A stretch of DNA of 64,000 nucleotides from Octopus vulgaris. Its lineage: Eukaryota. Below, in pieces: positions 56,223 to 64,000 of the stretch. The DNA lies in NCBI GenBank assembly GCA_951406725.2, contig OX597826.1:59396001-59460000 (forward strand), read 5' to 3'. Position numbers and translations under genes: made by a program. The notes under the pieces are model-generated. The model was not told where the DNA came from. It did no database searches and saw nothing but the letters and a program-made list of their open reading frames with translations. Every line of letters begins with the position of its first letter. Positions within the stretch are counted from its first letter, which is position 1.

Positions 56223-56587
56223 CGATGACGATGATGACGATGATGACGATGATGACGATGATGACGATGATGATGATGATGATGACGATGACGACGACGA
56301 CGACGATGATGATGTTAATTCGCAATTGATCTGAATACAACAAGCCTATCATAAAAAATGAACGCTCCTCTGGGAGACGAGACACACTTCCAATAAAAGA
56401 CAGAGAGAAATTGCGAATACTATATCAAGGATCCGTTACAGGGAAATGAAATTCCGTAATTCTTTAAGCCGAACGTGTGGTAGCTGCTCTACTGGGCGCT
56501 ACGAGCGGCAAGTCGAGTCGTATTTAATCGATCCTTTGGGCCTCGTTGTCTTCGACCAAATCGAGTGGGACGGCTCCAAAGCGACAT
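56048..56587 (-). other. Candidate exon of an unidentified minus-strand transcript
   Basis: Branch-like CTAAC plus pyrimidine tract gttttgtgcctttttcAG at 56588-56620; GC/CpG-rich unique sequence downstream; possible donor GAG|GTATCC at 56047. Confidence 0.35.
56146..56314. repeat. (GAT/GAC)n microsatellite
   Basis: Direct inspection. Confidence 0.95.
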
Positions 56588-57011
56588 CTGAAAAAGGCAC
56601 AAAACTCAGCTATGTTAGACAGCACTAAAATTATGAAATTGTTAGGTTAATTAATGTTTAATTATTACAACAATTTTTACAGTAAATTGAAGCTATATCA
56701 GCTATATAACTGACTACATTTAGTTATATCAGACATGGAAAAAGTAACTGAAAAACATGAGGTCGTTATACACACACACGCGCGCGCGCGCGCGCCCGTA
56801 CGCATGCATACATACACACACACACACAAACACATACATCCGACATTTCCGATGAGTGTGCTTATGTGATACTCATTCCGATTACCTAATTCCACTGCGA
56901 AACTGATTCCTAAAATCGGCTGGAATGAATCTATACTTTATACACTGTTTCGTATACTACCCTATTGACAATCATCAACGTGTTCATTTTGTTCTCTACG
57001 GATACTTAGAT

Positions 57012-57047
<36 letters not shown>

Positions 57048-57178
57048 GTATACATACATACACACACACACATATATATATATGTATGTATATATGTACA
57101 TATATATACATATATATGTATATCTATATGTGTGTGTGAGTACGTTTATAATCATGTACATGTGATTTTGCACAAATG

Positions 57179-57580
57179 TATGGCTGTGTAGTAAGAAGTT
57201 TGCTTCCCAACCACATGGTTTCGGGTTCAGTCCCACTGCGCGACACCTTGGGCAACTGTCTTCTACTATAGCCTCGAACTAACGAAAGCATTGTGAGTGG
57301 ATTTGGCAGACGGAAGCTGAAAGAAGCCTATTGTATATATGCAAATACCTATGTGTGTGCGTCTTTGTCTCCGTGTTTGTCGTCCCATCATCGCTTGATA
57401 ACCGCCGTTTTTGGGTTTACGTGCCCGTAAATTAGCGGTTCGACAAAAGACAGCGATAGAACAAGTACTAGGCTTTAAAAATCACCATTAGGGGTTGATT
57501 TTTTTCGACTAAAACCCTTCAAGACGGTGCTCCAGCATAGCTACAGTCAAACGATTTTAAACAATTAATGAAAAAGAAAA
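57179..57580 (+). mobile_element. SINE family A, full length
   Basis: tggctgtgtagtaag...gggttcagtcccactgcg...caccttgggcaac...ggtgctccagcatagctacagtc. Confidence 0.85.
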
Positions 57581-58449
57581 AAATATACACCTGTGCTCGT
57601 GCGCGCTTGTGCATGTGCGTGCGTGTATGTGTGTGTGTGTCTGTGTGTGTATACAGACAAAGAAAGAAAGATAGTGTAAGGGAGATGGACAGATACGGAA
57701 GGACGGGCAGACCGATGCAACAGTAAGAGAACTTACATGAAAAGCTGCGAGTAGATCATTACTTCAAAGTCATTCACCTTTGCTATTTTGATGTAATACT
57801 AACAGTTTTATATAACTCAAAGCGTACATGTATCCCATCTTGGATTTGGAAAACTCTATTCTCGTTCCATCACTAGAATAGTCCCGGAAGATTTAACATA
57901 TAGATTGAAAGATAAACAGAGGTAAACACACTTATAAACAGTGGAAACACATTCACAAATACGTAAATTATCTAAAATATTCAGACAACACTATCACGTT
58001 TGTTTGTTTTTTGGGGTTTTTTTCTGTGTAGAAAGAGAACACGCAATGAATATGTACATTCGCCGCTTCAGAGACACAAGTATATGGGCAAGCATGCGAT
58101 CTACACACTACATATTCATAGATAGATAGATAGATAAATAGATAGGTAGATAGATAGATACATACATACATGCCTGCATGCATATGTGCATGCATACTGA
58201 TAGAGTGAATTTCATTATGGCCACCATATTTTCACATCACCTGTGCAGACACCTACTATACAGGAATACACATTGATGCCTATACGTAAGCATACACAGA
58301 TATACATACCCATCCATACACGCACACATACATATCTGCGTGTGAGTTTAACCATATCTTTGTATATATATATATATATATATATGCATTTGCACTTATA
58401 AACATATCTCTCATACATATTTATATATGTATATATACATATATATATG

Positions 58450-58504
<55 letters not shown>

Positions 58505-59105
58505 GTATGTATATATTAGTCTGGGCGTGTATATGTGTGTAAATATGCATATATAAATATATGTATCTGTCTATATAAATTTATATTGTATATATATATA
58601 TATATATATAGGTATGTATACTTAACTAGTCTACTCGTTTACACATTGGTAAGAAGATAAGAATCAAAGAAAATGTTTACTTCAAACAAAGCTGTTGATT
58701 CGCAACGCTCAGAAAAATTCTTTCTATTCCCTTACAAAAACGAAAAACTCACATATTTTCAACAGCAAAATTGAAGAAACATATAGAAAAACACAGAAAC
58801 AAAAGTACAAAAACCAAAAAAAAAAAAAATGCACAAAACCCACACATTCATAAAAGAAATATAAAAACGAATGAGACGAAATAAAAAAAAATATACACGC
58901 ATACGCACAAACACGAACTTCCTTCGTAAGTATTGCTATATTTTTCTTTTCAATTCTTTCGCTGCTTTTGAAAACCTTTCATTCGGTTTATTGATCTGTT
59001 TTGTTTGGTCGTAAACCATTCCAATTATGACATTCAATCTATTCTTCCGATAAACAAAAGCCAAATCTTATCAACCAGTATCTTTGTTACACTCTGTCTT
59101 TCTCG

Positions 59106-59148
<43 letters not shown>

Positions 59149-59196
59149 TCTCTTCATCTATTTCTCATAAACTCTCTGGTGTAAACGGTGTGATAC

Positions 59197-59259
<63 letters not shown>

Positions 59260-59437
59260 TATATATATTTGTATATATGTATCTTATCTATCTATGTATT
59301 ATTTATCTATGTATCTTTGTCTCTCTGTATATATACATACAGGGAGAGAGAGAGATGGTTAGAGAGAAAGAGAAAAAGCAACATTCAAATTTTAATGAGC
59401 GATAGTTTACTACAACTTACTACAACACACACATATC

Positions 59438-59498
<61 letters not shown>

Positions 59499-59897
59499 TC
59501 ATATATATGAGAGAGAGAGAGAGAGAGAGACGCTTGGACTCAGAATAATTGAATGAAAGAGACAGAGATAGTGAACACGAAAGAAAGAGATCGATAAGCG
59601 TATCTTAAAATAGGTTAGTACTCTTTAATTATATACCAATAATACACTTAAAAGTTTAAAGTTATACGTTATAATACGTTTGTTTGTGTATAGATAGATA
59701 GGGAGGTAGACAGATAGATTGGTAGATAGATAGATTAATAGACAGATAGCTACATACATACATACATAGTCAGATAAATATACATATGTGTAATTGTATG
59801 AATGTGTGTGTAAATACATGCATACATACATATATATATGTGAATACTTGATAACTGTAAGCACCTGTATATGCCAGTTAGTGGTGTAGGTGATAGG

Positions 59898-60022
59898 GTA
59901 TATTTATCAAAAGAAAAACAGGATGCAAAAGATTTAGCGGTACATATGTAAACTGTCCAATAAAGCCAGAAACATATGTACCGCTAAATCCTTTGCATCC
60001 TGTTTTCTTTTGATAAATATAC
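59898..60022. repeat. Long inverted repeat / hairpin (~52-bp arms, 22-nt loop)
   Basis: 59898-59949 pairs with 59972-60022 with one mismatch and one 1-nt indel. Confidence 0.9.
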
Positions 60023-60089
60023 ACATACATAGATATATATATATATATATATATACATATATAGAAATACTGAATTTACATATATATAT

Positions 60090-60332
60090 AGAAACTGACA
60101 ATCAAACACTCTGAAATGTTCATACTGAAACTTCCGGTGCGCATAACATGCAGTATAGCTTATGGCTTCCAAATTTCTGGCAGAGTGTATTGCGTCATGG
60201 TGCTGCTTTTCTTAGAGACGGTGCTATACTGTGTAATCTAGACTATATTGTGTAGTTGACAAAATATTTTTTAAAACCGCATGCACGAAATTAGAAATAT
60301 AAGATGGCAACAATTTACTTATCGCACCCTCT
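60090..60332 (-). mobile_element. 5' end fragment of the maT-like family seen at 8766
   Basis: Reverse complement aligns by eye with 8766-8935 (gcgat..gtaaatt, accatgacgcaat, aaatttggaa). Confidence 0.65.
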
Positions 60333-60451
60333 ATGTTTATGTATGGGCATACGTGCAAATATATACATATAAATCTGGAGGTAGATAGAGAAAATGCTAG
60401 GTACATATTTAAATATAAATACGGAAGTATAGAACTGGTTTGAAATTATAA

Positions 60452-60844
60452 TCTATATATATATATAAAGATGGGGTTGTCTGTGTGTGGCAGGTTTGGT
60501 AGCCTTCAACTAACACTATATCCTCCGAGACCCTGCAGCGCAAGTTGACCAAATTTGAGAGTATGATAGCAGAATGCTTGCCCTTCATTCCGTAGAAGAT
60601 AAAATTCAAATCGGACCATGTTAAGACCAAAAATTATTTACATCAGAAAGGTGCTTTTTTTCTATGAAAATCCCTATTTTTTACGATTTTTTGACTGCTC
60701 TGTCGTCATTTTTCGGTGTATTTGAACCAGGAAATTGTTCACTTAAAGAGAATAACAAGCTACATATTGCACACTTTTTACTTTTCAAAAATTCTAATTC
60801 TAAAGGGTCGAAACAAACCCGAGCAACGCGGGCCATACTGCTAG
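60452..60844 (+). mobile_element. Non-autonomous Helitron
   Basis: A|TC start, subterminal hairpin cccg-agcaacg-cggg, CTAG|T end, no TSD. Confidence 0.75.
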
Positions 60845-61064
60845 TATATGAAATATGTAGTATGTTTATTTGTGTGTTTGTAGGTATGCATGTTCCAACT
60901 TGTAACCTCCAGTTTAGCATTTAACTTTAATTTTATCTAGGGCCATAACATATGAGACTTTCCAAATAATTGTGTATGCTATACCCATTCTTTCGTCCTC
61001 TATCAGGCTCAGTGTGCATTACCAGATGTCCACTTGTAAGGATGAATCAATATTTATTAATTAT

Positions 61065-61250
61065 AAGGAGGCGTAGTAGCAGAGTCGTTGTCACGTCATT
61101 GAGACCGTTTTTACGTTTTGAGTTCAAATTCCGCCAAGGTCAACTTTGTCTTTCATCCTTTCAGGGTTTATAAAATAAGTACAAGTTGAGCACTGGGGGC
61201 CATGTAATCCCCAGCAATTGGTGGTCTTGTGCCAAAATTTGATACCAGTA
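61065..61250 (+). mobile_element. SINE family B, diverged
   Basis: gagttcaaattccgccaaggtcaactttgtctttcatcctttcaggg. Confidence 0.7.
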
Positions 61251-61681
61251 TTTCATCATCAAATTTTGCGTGGAAGGATTTCCTTTCATTAATGATTATA
61301 TCTTAATGTATAAACATACAATCAAAGCACTACCTGGATAATCTGTTTGAATTTGTTTCTCATATGACCACCCATGATTGCATTATATTCTAGTAGTTGT
61401 GATCACCTTGTCATTTTTTATAATGGCGGTACCGAAGCCATGATGATGCTGTTCTGTTAGATCGAACTTTTGATCATACGAGGAAGACACGAACGCTGTA
61501 ACAAAACATCTCTCGCACACCTCAATCACGTGCACATACACATATACACGTGCGATGAATGCTGTCGTGGTTATGAGTGGAACCAAGTTAAGGAGGAACA
61601 AAAATATAAGAAAAATGTTGTAATTTTTTCCATTTTTAACATCGATCGATGTCAACAAGAAATAACATACTTTAGCTCTCC

Positions 61682-61712
<31 letters not shown>

Positions 61713-62416
61713 ACACACTCTCTTTTTTTCTTTTCTCTTTGTTTTTAATTAGGTCTTTGCATCTGTCTGTGTTTAATTATTGTTGTTCTGTCTGAAAAGC
61801 CATTAAACTAGCAGGTTTTCAATTCTACTATTATCACCTTTTCTGATAATGTTCCTACAAGATTGTTTTATTTTCTATGTAATCTTTTGCTTTTAATTCC
61901 TATTATGGAAGAATCCCGATGTTTTATCCCTAGAGAATGCTTTAGTTGCTGTTATTGTTGTTTTATGCAGTGGTGGTCGTGGTCATAGTCATTCCTGTTC
62001 TTGTTTTAATCTCTATGTCAACCTGGAATGCGTAAACCTATTAAGAAAACTGATCAAGCTGTGACCATCATTTGCCGCCAGACATAATGTTTCTATTTTG
62101 ACAATATTCTATGAATGTACCTTTAAGATTTTAAGAGGGTGTATTGCTTTTCTGGAGCAGTTTTGTTGTTTATTCTCGCAGGTAGACGTGATAACGTAGA
62201 TTTGAAATATTTAAGATCGATTTTGAGTCTTTATTTTACTATACTTTTTTTTTCCTTTTTCAAAAACGCATTATTCTGTACCTTGGTTTAAAACACCGAT
62301 TCTAGAGCGTATATTGTGTCCCAAGGCAGATAAGATGCTATTTCTAACAGATGCAGAGCTAAGATATACGCCTCCTCACTCTCAGATCGGATTTACATAC
62401 TGTCGCATTTTCTCTA

Positions 62417-62962
62417 TCTTTATATATAAAAGTGAGGTTGTGTGCTGTCTGTCTCCTACGATTTAGATTCCTAACTACTCCCACATTTTGCGGTGCAGTT
62501 TAACCGAAACTGGATATCTTATAGTTGTGATTCATATCAAGCCCTTCTGGGTATTAGCGCGCGTCTACGATGAGTCTACGATTTTAAAAATAATTTACCA
62601 TCAATTTTTCCCATTTTTAATGCATTTTTGGCATATATATTGGAAGTAACTATCTAAAAATTTATTATTAAATCTCAGAACGTAAAAAGCTACAGTAACA
62701 CCCCCCTCCCTTTCTGATTAATATCTTCTTAGAAATATATTAAATACACTCATATATGCACCCACTCACAGACGCTCCCATTTACATAAGTATACACGTG
62801 CTCATATGCATGCACATATATATATACATATATATGCATACAAACACACACACATATATATATTTATGTATATATGAGATGACTATTATACTTTACATCT
62901 CTAAAAATGCTTATATAGTTATTTCCCTTACAAACCCGAGCAACGCCGGGCGATACTGCTAG
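62417..62962 (+). mobile_element. Non-autonomous Helitron
   Basis: A|TC start; 3' end aaacccgagcaacgccgggcgatactgCTAG|T is nearly identical to that of 60452-60844. Confidence 0.75.
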
Positions 62963-63489
62963 TATTATATAATGAGTCAATACCCTTTTAAAACTGCGAG
63001 ATAAGTTCCTAATGTTACGTCACCTGTTATTTCTAGTATGACAAGTGTCAACGTGGATATCGACTGCTGTTTTAATAGCTGTTCAGATTTATTGCTGCAT
63101 CAACGTGTTTTATTGTATATTCTTCTCATTGTTCTATATCAAATAGCATTTTATCATGTTTATTAAGCTTGCTCTTATTTACGTTACATTTCTGCATTTA
63201 TATCTGATAATTTTTGTTACATTTATTTTCAATGAAACAAATAATCAACATCTATATTGAAAGGCTTCTGATCGATTTTCTACATTTTGTTTCTCTCATT
63301 GCTTTGACATATTTTACACTTAGGTTCTTCATTGTCCTTATGTTTATTTATTTTTTCTTTATTAGGCTTCTAATTCAATTTCGTATCTTCCATTTATTTC
63401 TTCTTCAATGACACCTCCTTCAGTTAGAACTACTACCTCTACCACTGTTGATCCTGCCTATAACAACAACAGCAACAACAACAAGAATT

Positions 63490-63715
63490 CTTTGTACCAT
63501 GGGCACAAGGCCTGAATTTTTTTTTTTCTTTTTGGAGTAGGGACTAGTCAATCCCTTCGACCCAAGTGTTTCACTGGTATTTAATTTATCGACCCCGCAA
63601 AGATGAAAGGCAAAGTTGTTGACCGCGGCAGAATTTGAACTAGGATCTTACAGACGGGCGAAATGCTGCTAAGCACCTTGTCCGACAAGCTAACGACTCT
63701 GCTAGCTCGCCGCCT
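63490..63715 (-). mobile_element. SINE family B
   Basis: atcgaccccgcaaagatgaaaggcaaag...gctagctcgccgcct. Confidence 0.75.
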
Positions 63716-63734
63716 CAGAGATAACAACAACAAA

Positions 63735-63927
63735 GTGGAGGCGCAATGGCCCAGTGGTTAGGGCAGCGGACCCGCGGTCATAAAAACGCGGTTTCGATTC
63801 CCAGACCGGGCATTGTAATTGTTTATTGAGCAAAAACAAGTTCCACGAGGCTCCGGCAGGCGAGGGTGGTGAACCCCTCTGTACTCTTTCACCACAACTT
63901 TCTCTCACTCTTTCTTCCTACTTCTGT
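63735..63927 (+). mobile_element. SINE family C, 5' half
   Basis: A box tggcccagtggttagg, B-box-like ggtttcgattccc; homologous to 55320-55519 in reverse. Confidence 0.8.
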
Positions 63928-64000
63928 CACAAAGCAGAGGAACCATGGTGTAACTCACAATGGTGTGGTAAACTTTCAGACCCTGGTCAAGATTGCGAAT

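Noticed and set aside
56107-56334. Poly-Asp ORF resembling an acidic biomineral protein
   Set aside because: Simply a (GAT/GAC)n microsatellite with a non-ATG start and no signal peptide.
63737-63812. Possible tRNA gene
   Set aside because: tRNA-like head continuing into a SINE body shared with 55136-55519; no proper cloverleaf.

Overview
AT-rich eukaryotic, almost entirely non-coding DNA, saturated with microsatellites ((TA)n, (CA)n, (TATG)n, (TCTA)n, (TAA)n, (GAT)n, (TCT)n). The repeat families look like those of an octopus/cephalopod genome (pattern recognition, not verified). I found no intact protein-coding gene; nearly all listed ORFs are microsatellite artefacts. Between the microsatellites lie three tRNA-derived SINE families, decayed Tc1/mariner transposons (one with intact TIRs and TA target duplication), 3' remnants of RLE-type (R4/Dong-like) LINEs in (TAA)n tracts, RTE-like LINE fragments, two Helitron-like elements and one Helentron/DINE-like element. 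The most notable signal is a set of six hand-folded type-I hammerhead-ribozyme-like motifs. Two have an intact CUGANGA/GAAA core and lie in direct-repeat units of 311 and 535 nt; three have mutated cores and one has a non-canonical core. Several sit in short non-coding inserts in (TA)n tracts, some inside SINEs, which fits Penelope-like or retrozyme elements. One CpG-rich candidate exon with a strong 3' splice site lies on the minus strand near 56.5 kb, so the window may be a very large intron.
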